Shown in pieces: positions 24,336-38,041 of a stretch of DNA of 52,522 bases. How positions within the stretch are numbered: position 1 is the stretch's first letter; every line of letters starts with the position of its first letter. The translations under genes and the position numbers were made by a program. The DNA is from Octopus sinensis (lineage: Eukaryota), in NCBI RefSeq assembly GCF_006345805.1, contig NW_021833966.1, positions 1-52,522 on the forward strand. The letters are read 5' to 3'. The notes below the pieces were generated by a model. The model was given only the letters and a program-made list of their open reading frames with translations, made no database searches and was not told where the DNA came from.

Positions 24336-27300
24336 ATATTTAGCATCGATTGCATTTCTCTGACAAATGGCGGTGTACATCGATAGTTTATATTTAAATT
24401 TTAAAAGAATTTTACAGGTTTTCGTAATTGAGAGCAAGAGATGTAGTTAGCTCGATGATGGTGGTGGTGGTGGTGGTGAGGCGTTGCGGGGGAGAAGCAA
24501 TTGCGAAAGGTTTAAGAGGGTTTGGGCCAGAACCTTTCTAAAGTGTAATGGTAGAAGATGTGTTAAAGAGCCAATGGTGCAACGAACCATTTTAATTAAG
24601 GCCCTGGCGTTTATCCAGCTTGCTCTGTCGAGGTACAGGAGAGATTGTAGGAGCTTAGCAGCGGGATAATGACATATGTGTGTGTGTGTGTGTGTGTGTG
24701 CGCGTTTTTATGCTTATATGCATATATTTATATATGTATATATGTGTATGTGTGTACGTATGTTTATATATATATGTATATATGTATATTTCTATATATA
24801 TATATATATATATACACAGACATATATATATGTATGTATGTATATATGTATATATGTATGTAAAAGGAGGGAAAAACCAAAATAAATATATATATATATA
24901 TGTGTGTGTGTGTACATATACATACATATACATGTGTACGTCTGTAGGTATATGATAGGTGTACGTAGGTTTATGTGTATATGTATATTTGCGTGTGTAT
25001 ATATATATATATTTATACGTATATATATCTACATCAGTATAAAAATGAAAAGATGTGTGTGGTTATGGTACCTATCTTTGTGTGCGTGCATGTGTGTGTG
25101 TGTGTGTGTCAGAGATTGGATATACTAATTATGTTTCATCTAAAATAAAATTCATTTTCACACAAATGAGGTGTTGGAAGTAAACGTTAATTCACGTGAG
25201 CAGTACAGCTGATTGAATTAGTTGAGGAATCGATATCTACGTCATCGATGATGGTCAACGTTACAAGCGAACGTCGTCGACTGAAATGATATTTCATTAA
25301 ACCAGGTTATTTATAATCCACATAATATTTTCGCTCGCTTCTCTTAATTTGTATCTCCTTTGAGCGTTACAAAGGTCATTCAAGGTCATACGAAGGTCAT
25401 TGATGTGGTGGGAGTAAAAAATTAGTTCCTTGAAGTATAGATTTTAGGTTCAATCTCGCTACACATCATCTCGAGCATGTGCCATTGGGCAACTGGAGAC
25501 TTGCGAATGGAATTTGGTAACTAGAAACTGTATGGAAGCTTTGGCTTCGAAGTCGGTGACTGAATATGTCACGTGGTTTAACTCCTAAGCCACTTTGGAT
25601 CTTGGAAGCCTTTCACGGAATCTGTTCTATGAGAAGCAGTCGAGTTGGATCTCCAATCCGTCAATCAACCGCGCCCTCTCTTCTTATCACTAGTCACCGA
25701 GTCCTCGATAATATGGAGGTGCCCTTCTGTCAATAAATCATAAAAGTATAAGAAATTCACAGACACCCAGCAAAAAAAAAACCGTTGGGTTTTTTGTCGT
25801 TAGAGGACAGTATTACAAAGACAATAGTTTAAACACCCCTGCTATGTCTGGGCTTTTTCCAGAAGTTAGTACTGAACCCCAAGAATAATTGCCACCCCAC
25901 CACTCCCAACATGGGTTTATTATCATTATAGGAGGTCATGGTTTTGTCAGAGCCAGTCCTACTCGCGCTTCCTTCAAACTTATGTAGGTGCAACAAGTTC
26001 TATGAGCCTAGTAGTTATCAGGATGCAGGATTTGCATGGAGTTACCTGCTCTTAGATGAGCAACCAAAGAGTTAAAGGACCTCATCTACCCAGGGTCCGT
26101 TGGGGTGTCTCTGAATAATCTTTTTGTTGAGGCAATTCAATCCGTGATATGCTAATTAATCTATGGCTGGGACCCTGGTCGGTGTTATTACTCTGTGTCA
26201 GATGAGATCTGGGGACAATGGTGGCAGTCCCACACTTCTCAAAACCCTGGAACTGCCGATGCAGGGCCACAGTGCCCTACAAAAGAAATACAAGTAGAAT
26301 ATATCTACTACTGTCTTCTTCGAAACAGGAAAATAATATACGTCGAAAACCTATCATCTTCATCGCCATTTTCATCTAACTCTGGAAACCTAAATGAAGC
26401 GAATAGAGTTTCCTTGCAATTATCACTTCCATCTTTGTCGAGTAGCAGTGGTCTAACTTCTTCAACGGAGATGTCTCTGCTATTTTGATTATTGTTAGAC
26501 AGGTAAACAACCATTTCTTCCATAACTAAGTTTATAACACATTAATTGATGAGAGCAGATAGCCTCACCTGAAAATATGGCATAAATGTATACTCAATAT
26601 TGGTGTTGATGCGTGTGTGTATGCACGCGCGTGTGCATTGGAGTGCAAATGTATTCGCATCTGTATGCTTTTCTACAGCATGTATGCTCTTTAGGAATTA
26701 ATTGTAATTTCCCCCTCATATGACAGTTTCGGTTAATTCGCTTATAAATGTTCAGACAGAATACTTAAAAATATAGGTACTCCAGCTTGGCCACCTCAAC
26801 TCTTTTCGTTCTGCTTCTGGAATTTGGTGAATGAACATGCTAGCAACCAACGAAGCTTTTCTCCCAGTTTCGTTTCACAGTGACACTGATTCCTCTGAAA
26901 CTTTCACCAGGAAGTTTCCAAGAATTGTTTTGTGATGTTTTCCTGTTCTGGGTTTACCAGATTTTCAAAAGCAAATTGAAGTTCTTTGACTCTTGAAATC
27001 TGAAATTATGCAATACAGATTTGGAGGATTTGAAATATCAAATCTTGAAGACAGTCTCTCGATGAGATTTCAGGTACAATTCCTGTCCATGTTCCTCTTC
27101 CTCACTCGGTATAGTTGTGGCCCTTTCTTCCACTCGAATACTTGTTGCAGTAAAGCGATTTCCTTGTTATTCTCTTACTTTCTTGATCACCAGGAACTTT
27201 GCAACGATGACAGAAACTATGGAAGAAGACCATATCAATTTTCTCAGAATCCAATTCTTGGTGTTTCGTAATCAGGGATTTGCTAATCGTCATCTATTAC

Positions 27301-28293
27301 AGGCAGACATATTGCGCCCTATTTGAGCTTTCTGTTATACTTTACAGTTCAAGATTTGATTAAGAATTTGTAGAGGTTTCGTCGACGTCATTTTCGTATG
27401 TGCACAGCAGAAGTCTTTTATAACCGTCTGGAATAATTTGTTGCTAATTTCAGGACCATTCTATTTATAAGAAATATTCGACATTCATAAATATCAACAC
27501 CTTTACTGTTTACCATTTCCAAATTCAAAACGGCAGAAGGAGCTTTTTCTTCATCAACTATTTACACAAGTCCCAGAAACCGTTTGGAACATTGTGTGCA
27601 ATTGGTCGTCCCGCATTTCACGTCGACTTCTAAATTATTGTATTAAGTCAGCCAATAATTCAAATTTTATTATTCTTTGAAACGATTTCTTATATAAATC
27701 CACAGATAACGAACGCGTCTGTCTTTATGTTTTCTACGGCCCTGGTTCTTTTTGTCTTTCACAAGTTATGTTCATTCCGTTTCTAATTATAACTTAATAA
27801 TCTTAACAGGATTCTTACAACGGCAGAGATTGAAATGCCGAAGAAACGATTTGAGATAGCTTTCTTTTATAAATCAGTAGAAACAATATACGGCAGGCCC
27901 TCGGTTTGCTCTCAAGGACAAAACTGACGGCGTAGGGTTTGCGTTAGGAACATAAATCATTTAAATTTCAGATCGTTATCTTCTGCATAGTTTTAATTCA
28001 AGCTAAACAGGATTTCTCTTTCTTTCCAGCGAGCCTTTGGTGATTAAGGCTGGAACGATACACAATATTTCTTGTGAAACCATATAGTGTTGACTCTTGG
28101 CACACACATCATTAATTCTATAAATTCTTGGAATATTCTAAGAAACGTTTGTTGAGATTATTCACCACATTATCATCGAAAGAGTGATTAGGTGTATACA
28201 GGGGTACAAAGATATATGATGACACACCACACACACACATATTTGAATATACATGTGTGTGTGTGTTTGCGTTTGTGTGTGTGTGTGTGTTTG

Positions 28294-28346
<53 letters not shown>

Positions 28347-28429
28347 GTTTGTGTATGAACCATCCACTTCAAATTTCGCTCTGACATGATCAGGGCACGA
28401 ATATTATCTCCCTCCTCTCTCTCTCTTTT

Positions 28430-28438
28430 CTATCTATC

Positions 28439-28535
<97 letters not shown>

Positions 28536-28556
28536 CATCCATCTATCTATCCATCG

Positions 28557-28610
<54 letters not shown>

Positions 28611-28664
28611 ACATCTATCTATATATATATGTCTGTCTGTCTATCTCTCTATCTTTATATATAT

Positions 28665-28735
<71 letters not shown>

Positions 28736-28800
28736 GTGCCTCTGTGTGTGTATGTGGCTCTCTTCTCTCTCTCCCCTTTCTCCATCTCTCACTCCCGTTA

Positions 28801-28840
<40 letters not shown>

Positions 28841-29039
28841 TGCACACATTAATCATTAATCATGAATATGTGTGTGTGTGTGAGAGAGAGAGAATGTATG
28901 GACGTGTGTGCGTAATGAAACCGCCATCAATTGATCTTGCCAATAAAATTGCCTCTCCTATCACTGTACACTTAGACGATCAGTGCTTTAAAATAATAAG
29001 ATATTAATTCCTAACTATATATATGTGTATGTATGTATT

Positions 29040-29117
<78 letters not shown>

Positions 29118-29130
29118 ATATTATGGATAT
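28430..29130. repeat. (TATC)n plus several (TA)n arrays
   Basis: Direct reading. Confidence 0.9.
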
Positions 29131-29206
29131 TACGTATACATATAGGTATGTGTGTGTATATATGTATGTATACACATATATTCATATATGTATATAGAGA
29201 ACTAGC

Positions 29207-29237
<31 letters not shown>

Positions 29238-30086
29238 GATATACATGTATGTATGTATGTATGTAAGTATGTATGTATAAATACAGATTTTACAGGGAGA
29301 GAGCGGGGCGGGGGAGAAAGCGTGGGAGAGAAACGGAGGGACCGATTGATAGAAAGGGAGAGAAGAAAGGACGAAGCAAGAGAAATAGTGAGCAGAAATG
29401 AGGGAGAGAGAGAGGGAGAGGAAAGACTGGGACAAAGAAATATAGAATGGGAAACGATATCGATTATTGATCTGTACAGTTCGATGTTTCACTGGAGATG
29501 TAGAAATTATCAGTCGGTTGTCTTATGGGGATATGGAGTCAGCAGTAGTGGGGCGGGTTGGAGCGCCAGCTAACAGAAGTGGCTGTCAATTAATTTCATC
29601 TTCCCTCGTCTCTAGTGTTCATCTCACCACCACCATCACCACCATCGCCATCACCGACCTTCCACAGCTGACCACTCCTCCGAGGTAGCCTCGAACAACG
29701 AACCCTGAACCAGGGCGACGCCAGCCGCACTTGTTAGGTGTCAAGACAAGCTGTTGTGTATACCACCAAGAGTGATGACGACGGCGTCGATGACGACGAT
29801 GACGACGACGACGACGACGGCGACGACGACGACAACGACGACGACGACGACGATGATGATGATGATGATGATGGAGATTTTGGTGATGGTGCTACTGCCT
29901 AGGCCGCTGCTGCTGGTGATGATGACAATGATGATGATATTGATGACGACAGTAATAGTGGTGGTGGTGGTCACGATAATGGTTATTAGGATACACTGAA
30001 TGTAATAACCATGACCAGCACCGTTACTGTTACAACCACCAAATAGATACCATATTGTGAATAATAACAACAACAACAACAACAAC

Positions 30087-30140
<54 letters not shown>

Positions 30141-30254
30141 TCTTATATTTGCCAGAGGGACAACAATGGGAGTACATTACAAAAAACAACCGAAGCCAGA
30201 ACCGTAATCAACTCGATGCCTTAGTAATAAATTGTATGTCACGAATGAATACAC

Positions 30255-30393
30255 TCTTTTCTACTCTAGGCACAAGGCCCGAAAATTTGGGGGAGAGGGT
30301 CAGCCGATTAGATCGACCCCAGTACGCAGCTGGTGCTTAATTTATCGACTTCCGAAGATGATATGCAAAGTCGACCTCGGCGGGTTACGAATG
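30255..30393 (-). mobile_element. SINE family A 3' part
   Basis: ctaggcacaaggcccgaaa...gattagatcgaccccagt...tttatcgac...aaagtcgacctcggcgg. Confidence 0.85.
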
Positions 30394-30434
30394 AATATAC
30401 TGATATATCAATGAATGAAAGCAGTTTATGTAAC

Positions 30435-30508
30435 CCATGGTTCTGATGAGTCGGCAATGACCGGGTGAAACTAGCCGAGTCGTTCATCGGTTTCGGCTAG
30501 AGCGATGG
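30435..30508 (+). ncRNA. Degenerate type I hammerhead ribozyme-like motif
   Basis: CTGATGA at 30443-49; stem II TCGG/CCGG; GAAA at 30467-70; perfect 8-bp stem III CTAGCCGA/TCGGCTAG; stem I CCATGGTT/AGCGATGG with 7 of 8 pairs. The UH cleavage nucleotides are missing. Confidence 0.5.
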
Positions 30509-31098
30509 CTTTTAATCATGTAGATAATTTACGCAGTGAGTTTATTAATATGGTTGGGGTAATTAATTCAACGGAGATAGCTTAAATTTAGAGCCTACAT
30601 GCTTAATGTGGAGTGGGTGGTATTTTCCAACTCAATAATAGAAACTTGTCCAGTTGCTTACATTTGATGAAAATGTCAGACCTAGAATTTAGTAGCTCTG
30701 CAGAATTCTTAGATTTAAAAAGAATATGGGATCTTCCAGCGACGTAAAGCTTGTACCTCCATTAATGTATAGCATGGAAGCTCCACTTAATGGACGTGCG
30801 AGAGTATTGTTGGAGCATTGTGTAAATATCCACGCCACTGGTGTCATTTTCCTTTTTCCTCTTGTCCTTCCTCGTTCTTTCCAGCTTCTTCTCAAAGAGC
30901 CGTCAAATTGCATCTAAAAAATTTGAATGGTTACTTGCAAATACACGGAATGCTATGTAACCTTATCCGACCATTGTATTTTCAGAGACATGAAACCCAC
31001 ACGTCCTTGCCTGAAATCCTGTGTATATTAAATGATGTTTATCTGTTATTGGATGACTTAATTTTAATGTTGACCCCCACCGGTAACAAAACTGCACA

Positions 31099-31149
<51 letters not shown>

Positions 31150-32877
31150 GCGTGTGTGAGTGCAACCTGTGCACGTATGCATGTATATCTTGTGTTTATC
31201 ATACTTTTTCCTGCATGTGCTCGGTGTATCATAACCAGTAATTCTGTTAAGGACATCAGCAACCGCAACACTTTGCTGGAAGCAGACTGGATAACGATGT
31301 TTTGCGCAGCACTTTCAAGTCACCAGTAGCAATCGTACATAGAACTGTAAAACAAACTCTACTCTATGTGTGCACATGTATGTGTATGTGTGTATGTACG
31401 TGTGCACTTGTGTGTGTGTATGTATGTATGTGTGTATGTATGTATGTGTGTATGTATGTATGTAATTTATGTATGTATGTATGTATGCATGTACGCTTGT
31501 GTATTTAAATGTTTCCAAAGAAATTAAACTAGAAAAGCGAAATTTGATCTTCCTCTTTATGAAGAGGAGACATGGTCGAGTGGACTGAGACTTGACTAAA
31601 TACTTATGACTTATGAATAAAGTGTTGCAATGGCAGTTTCAAGCCCCTTGCACAGTTTCACTTACGGCTTCCTAAGGAAAGTACTTTTATTCTACATTAC
31701 CTCAATTAACCTGACTTCTGTCGAAACTATTCTAATCTATATCCTGAGAAAAATTAAATATCACATAGCAATTGTTGATGGATATCTCCGATCACCGAAG
31801 GTCAATAGATTGAACTGTAGGTGTCGCTCTTGTACGTGGCGCAAATCAATATTTATAGGCCAACCTATCGCCTTTTGCCATCCTGGCGTTCTAGATGGAC
31901 ATTAAATGATCGCCAATGAAGACACATCTACACACGCACACACACACATACACACAAATATACACATACACTCAATGTAGTCATGTCTGTCTGTCTGTTT
32001 CTGTCTCTGCCTCTCTCTCTCTCTCTCTAAGACACATGCATACATTTTACATACTTATATATACCACGACACATTCACACATGCACAGGGGTAGATGGGT
32101 GATTTTCAAAAAGAGTGTGGTGGGTTTTGTAAGTGCGACTCTAAGAATTTGTTGTGGCAGAGTTCCTTTGGCTCAAATGTTCTGCTGATATAAATTTTAC
32201 ATTTAAAGGAAAAGAAATGACGTACAATTTTAGGCCGGGACGTTCTAAATTAGAATATTCGATCTTGGTTCGATCTACAGGTCTGTCGCTTATTTTTGTA
32301 TTCATTTCACCGGCCATTAAATTAAACAAATCAGAAATGAAATAAAAGTTTAGTTTACTTCAAGGTATAACGGAGCCATTCGATATATAGGAAATAATAA
32401 AATTGACAGCAGATCATTAAATGTCTGGAAATCAATATGATCACCCAGAACCATTGGAGATGGTATCTTAGCAATGAAGTACCTCAGTAATATTTATATA
32501 TAGTCAGGAGTCGACTACGTTTTGTCTTGTTAACTGTTGTAATGTATAACACTAACTGCACAGTAACCACCAACGAGTCAAAGGGACTCGTATATATTCA
32601 CGTAACCTGCTGTGAAATAGTGGCGAAATCTACCTCAAAATACGCCGAAAGAAAAAGTTTGGACTATGCAGTCCTAGACACACTAAAGAAAAGACTAGAA
32701 AGTCACAACTGGAATACACCGCCAGACGTGACCTGTGACTCATCAAAAATTATAACCAGTGTTAGTACCTACCATAATCACTAATACTAACTACTGCATC
32801 CCCTAATAACTATTATTTTCAGTGATGCCATCAAGCATTCAGTACTAAATACTCACCTACATTCGCGACTGTGCATT

Positions 32878-33107
32878 ATTTTTCTTTACCACCCACAAGG
32901 GGCTAAAAATAGAGGGGAAAACAAGGACAAACAAAGGGATTAAGTCGATTACATCGACCCAGTGCGAAACTGGTACTTTATTTATCGACCCCGAAAGGAT
33001 GAAAGGCAAAGTCGACCTCGGCGGAATTTGAACTCAGAACGTAACGACAGACGAAATACCGCTAAGCATTTCGCCCGGCGCGCTAACGTTTCTGCCAGCT
33101 CGCCGCC
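32878..33107 (-). mobile_element. SINE family A, full length and little diverged
   Basis: Head ggcggcgagctggcagaaacgttagc with B box gagttcaaattcc; central gtcgactttgcctttcatcctttcggggtcgataaa. At least five related copies are present. Confidence 0.9.
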
Positions 33108-33499
33108 TTTCACGACTGTGCATTAGTACTAAAAGCTCTACCAACCAATCCTAACTACTACAACCACTTGGTGACTACAACAGACTATCTCATCCTTTCA
33201 AACCCTGGACACTCTTTTCACCATAATTGAGAATGCCATTGTCTTCATTTCAAGAGAGTCTCATTCAAAGACTGAATTTCAAATAATAGGTTTATAATAT
33301 TGAAAAATCGTTTATATTTTTATATCATTGCATTTACTCGGAATATGTTTATAATGGAGTTTCGCAAATTTAATAGCAACAGAAAAATATCGAATAAACG
33401 TAGTATTTTCATTTTAATATTGATAACTGATTATTTGATAGAGTAATGTTATTGATGTCTAGATATTGACAGCACATCAATAGTTCGATGTATTGCCAA

Positions 33500-35030
33500 A
33501 ATATTGATATATAGGTCTAGCCTAATGATGATTATCATCAATGAGAAAACTCTGGTGGCTGATTTTCGTTCGCCGATTCTTTCGATATTGGGAGCAGGGC
33601 CTCGAAGAGCAGAAAAACAAATCGTTTCTACCTTCCATTCCATTCCATTCGTTTGTTCGGTTGCTATTTGAAACTGAATTCAAGGGAACTGTCTCCCAAA
33701 TGGAAGGAATACATTTAGAGATCTCTACGACATTTCTGTATAGGAATCACACATCAAGGACCAAGATTCTGATTATTATTTCCTAGAATCATTATTTAAC
33801 TCCCAGAACTTTTTCAACTGACAATTTAAATGGATTTCGCATGGAATCAAATCCTCACCGCAAACTATCGCCTGGATTCACTTTCTGTTGCTGTCAGACG
33901 TAAAATTTAAAACTTCATCTTATTTATTATATATTATTTTTTTTACCAATTCTGGAAGCAGCTTCAGTAACAAGAATTAATGAGTTTCTCTAACATTGCA
34001 AACTTTTTGGCACTAACCTTTCTTTTCAAATTTTCCACGAATGCTGTCAAAGAATCATGGAATTATAGGTTGTTAGCGTTTTCTTGTTTTTTTTCTTTTG
34101 TTTTGCATCCGAAGATTTGGCTTATTCTGCAGTTCTAAAATATCAACGAAATAGGCAAGTGTCATGATAAATTCTTCATTATTCTGCCAACCAAAAAATT
34201 CCATCCTCAACAAATAATTTTAATTTATATCTCAGTCCAATTACATTTTTTTTCCCAGTTACAATTCCTCTTGAAAAACCATCAAAAACTTTGAGTGCAA
34301 AAGAAACAAAAGATACGAATGATGATCTGCAACCATATATATATATTCAGAACGTGTTCAAAAGTTGTCGGTTCCTCTTCTTAGAAAATTAATCATTTAA
34401 ATTATTTGATTCCAAAACTTCTTTTGTGAAGCTGCACAATGACTGGCTACATTTCTGGAGATTGTTTTTTTTAATTCTAAACAGCGACACCACACATTGC
34501 TCGAAATATGACTGGCACCCAATCTGTAAGAATTATCTCACAACAGATTTTTTTTTGATTCCATGAAATGGAAACCTTTGCTAAAATATCTCAGTGTTTC
34601 TTATTTCAAGAGAAGAGCTGCTCTTTAAAGGAACCTGGGGACGCGATACCAAATCGATAGATCCACCAAGTTTAAACTGAAAATAAAATAAAATTTAATA
34701 AACCTTTCCTCATTCCCAACTGATCCTTAATGGGCAACGGTCCTCCATAGAAGGATTTGATAATAAAACTCTTGTAAACTTTTCTTGCAGTTCCTTTCCA
34801 ACACAGTTTCCATCATCTTCTAAGTACCAAAGTTCCTCAAAGTATATGTAATTCTTTCCAGTTTTCTTATGCCCAACACCGTCGCACAAGACGCTGCAAT
34901 AACATTTGAGGAATGCCTTGGAACGGCCGTATTGAAGCCAGTTTCATTCTTCTGACAGAATTCCCATGATTTTCTAGAAATGGTTTTGTTCTCGATCTTT
35001 TCTGGTTAATAAACCATTATGCGAATGTTG
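33500..35030 (-). mobile_element. hAT (Buster/Charlie, SCAND3/ZBED8-like) transposase relic
   Basis: Ordered minus-strand motifs: ILTDWVP (TDGAP-like), LAYFVDILELQNKPNLRMQ, DSLTAFVENLKRKV..KFAMLEKL, MRNPF, and the C-terminal PNIERIGERK. Many stops and frameshifts. Confidence 0.75.
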
Positions 35031-35566
35031 CTTTAACTGCTGCAGATGACATATTGCGGTCTTTTTTCTTCTTTGATGATGATGATGACGATGATGATGA
35101 CGACGACGACGACGACAACGACGACGATGATGATGATGATGGTGATGGTGGTGGGGATGATGATGATGATGAGGAGGAGGAGAAGGAGGAGGTGAGGGGA
35201 ATACGAATCAATATCGAATATTTATATAATCGAACACTCGTTCCACTGCACCGATGATCGATTTAAAATTCGCAGAATTTTGACGAACTCTAGAAACGCT
35301 AGAAAAGTTAAAGACAATTCTACGTGGAATATGTCCAGAGTTGCGAAGAGCGAAATACTTTAATCATTTCTGTGGCATTCAACAAAACTTATCGGATGTC
35401 ACAGATTAATATAAAAACTGATTACAATTCTATGGAATCTGTGAAATCTTCAGAGCATCACACTTCATTAAATATTGCTCGAAACATCCACATGAAAAAA
35501 CCCTAAACAACCCCAAGTGATTCACCGTTCCTCCGAATGACAATTCCTCTACATAACCACTAGTCT

Positions 35567-35905
35567 GAGACCCCTTCGGTCACGACACAGACCATGGGAT
35601 TACACCAAGAAAGTTACCCTCCCAGGCACAAGTCCGAGCAAGGTTGCTTCAGGAAGACCAGCAGTCGCCCATGCATACCAGCCTCCCCTCTCCACGTCAC
35701 CAGTGTTATCCAAGGGAAGGGCAAAGGGGCCGATGCAGCTTGGCACCTGCGACGTCGCCACTCATTTCTACAGCTGAGTGAACTGGAGCAACGTGAAATA
35801 AAGTGTCTTGCTCAAGAACACAACACGCGGCCCGGTACGGGATTCGAGCTCACAACCTCACGATTGTAAGTTCGATGCTCTAACCACTGAGCCATGCGCC
35901 TTCAC
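35567..35905 (-). mobile_element. SINE family C, full length
   Basis: Reverse complement of 23608-23945 throughout. Confidence 0.92.
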
Positions 35906-35970
35906 CAGTACTAACTAACATAAACAATAATATTGACAACATAGATATCAGAACTAACTACAGTAAATGA

Positions 35971-36157
35971 TGTGCCTGGGGAGAGTAATTTTCTTCTTGT
36001 GCCTTATAACTTAACACACTCACCAGTCAAGACTATTGAAATGGTTGCAAGACGCAACGAAAATTTTAGGAAAATAAAGATAAGGAATAAGTGAAAATTT
36101 TACGATGAGTGTGTTAAATTATAAGGCACAAAAAGAAAATGACTCTCCTCAAACACA
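35971..36157. mobile_element. MITE/fold-back-like element
   Basis: 35981-36022 versus 36106-36147 are reverse-complementary at 39 of 42 positions, extendable to about 52 bp; non-coding interior. Confidence 0.7.
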
Positions 36158-36649
36158 ACAGAATATGCTTCAACACACGAACTCATATAAAGAATCTTGC
36201 AAACCAAATCCAAAAATGAAATACAGTAAATGATATTAACTATTGGATCTACTAACTAATATAGTCATCAAATTAATCACTACAGTCACTAATACTAATT
36301 ATTATAATTATACTTAATATAAACGCCAATTCTAATTATTAATTAGCTCGAATAAAACTTTAAGCAACAAAACAATTATATCAAGCAATGGTCAGTTTTT
36401 TGTTGTCACAAATAGCAACCATTATAAACACAGATATCTCTTTCATTGACCATTCCTATCTTCCTTTTGAACTTGTCCATTTCTCTTCACAAATTCTAAC
36501 GCTAATCATTCATCATATATTTAACATTTCCCCCTTATTTTATACACCTTCTTCGCACGTGCCCTCTTTCTTCTTTTCTTTCTTTCTAACTTTCTTTCTT
36601 TCTTTCTTACTGCATATATACGCACATACGCTCATCTATATTTCACAAC

Positions 36650-36672
36650 ATCTATCTATCTATCTATCTATC

Positions 36673-36738
<66 letters not shown>

Positions 36739-36811
36739 ATACATATATATATATATCTATCTGTCTGGCTGGCTGGCTGGCTGGTTGCCTGGCAGGCTGG
36801 CTATCTGACTA

Positions 36812-36885
<74 letters not shown>

Positions 36886-36918
36886 GATCTATATGTCTAT
36901 CTATCTAACTATCTATCC

Positions 36919-36974
<56 letters not shown>

Positions 36975-37004
36975 GTCTATCTATCTATCTATCTATCTAT
37001 CTAC

Positions 37005-37051
<47 letters not shown>

Positions 37052-37070
37052 CCTATCTATGCACCTACCT
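36650..37070. repeat. (TATC)n with (TGGC)n/(TGTC)n interruptions
   Basis: Direct reading. Confidence 0.95.
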
Positions 37071-37366
37071 TCCTACCTACCGATCTACCTGTCTGCCCAC
37101 CTTCCGCGTTCTCCACTCATGCCTTTCTTCCACTATTCCTAAACCTTGAAAGTCTCTTTCTCCCCCCTACCCATCCCACCCGATGCACACATCCTAATAC
37201 AGTCCAGTGCTCCCACCGGTCACTCACTAAGACAAAACAACATTATTATTAATTATTGAAAGTGTTTATATACATACACAGGTAGAAACGTGCATAGATG
37301 CATGTATACATACATGCATAACTCTATACACACATATATACATTCTTATATACATATATGCGCGCG

Positions 37367-37400
<34 letters not shown>

Positions 37401-37437
37401 AACGCGGACAAACTTATGTACATATGTAAATGTTTAT

Positions 37438-37468
<31 letters not shown>

Positions 37469-37609
37469 TGTGTGTGTGTGTGTGTGTGAGAGAGAGGAGT
37501 GTGTGTTTGAGAGAGAGAGAGAGTGTGTGTGTGTATACGTTTACATATGTATCTCCATATATGAATATATGTGTATATATATTATGCGTATACATACATA
37601 CACCTATAT

Positions 37610-37675
<66 letters not shown>

Positions 37676-38007
37676 TTGTGTGTGTGTATATGTATTTGTA
37701 TATACACATAAACATATATATATATATATATATATATCTACGTACACATACATACGGTGACACACAGACTCCAAAATGACAAACTTCTTAGTAGCAATGT
37801 GATGTATTACGGTATTTCATAATTTGACCGTTGAAGATTTTCGTAGTAAGTATATTGTAGCGAGTGGAATACAAATTGATGTGTATAGCTGCTTCTAGTA
37901 GCACGAAAATGGAGGAAGATAGAGCAAGCAACTCTAAGATGTCTTCACACAAGACTGACCAATGTTAATATCCATATTGATCGGTTCCCTTTCTAGAATT
38001 CTCATTG

Positions 38008-38041
<34 letters not shown>

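Noticed and set aside
26308-26523. EF-hand-like strings DKDGS and DENGD
   Set aside because: Loop positions and flanking helices do not fit the 12-residue EF-hand consensus.
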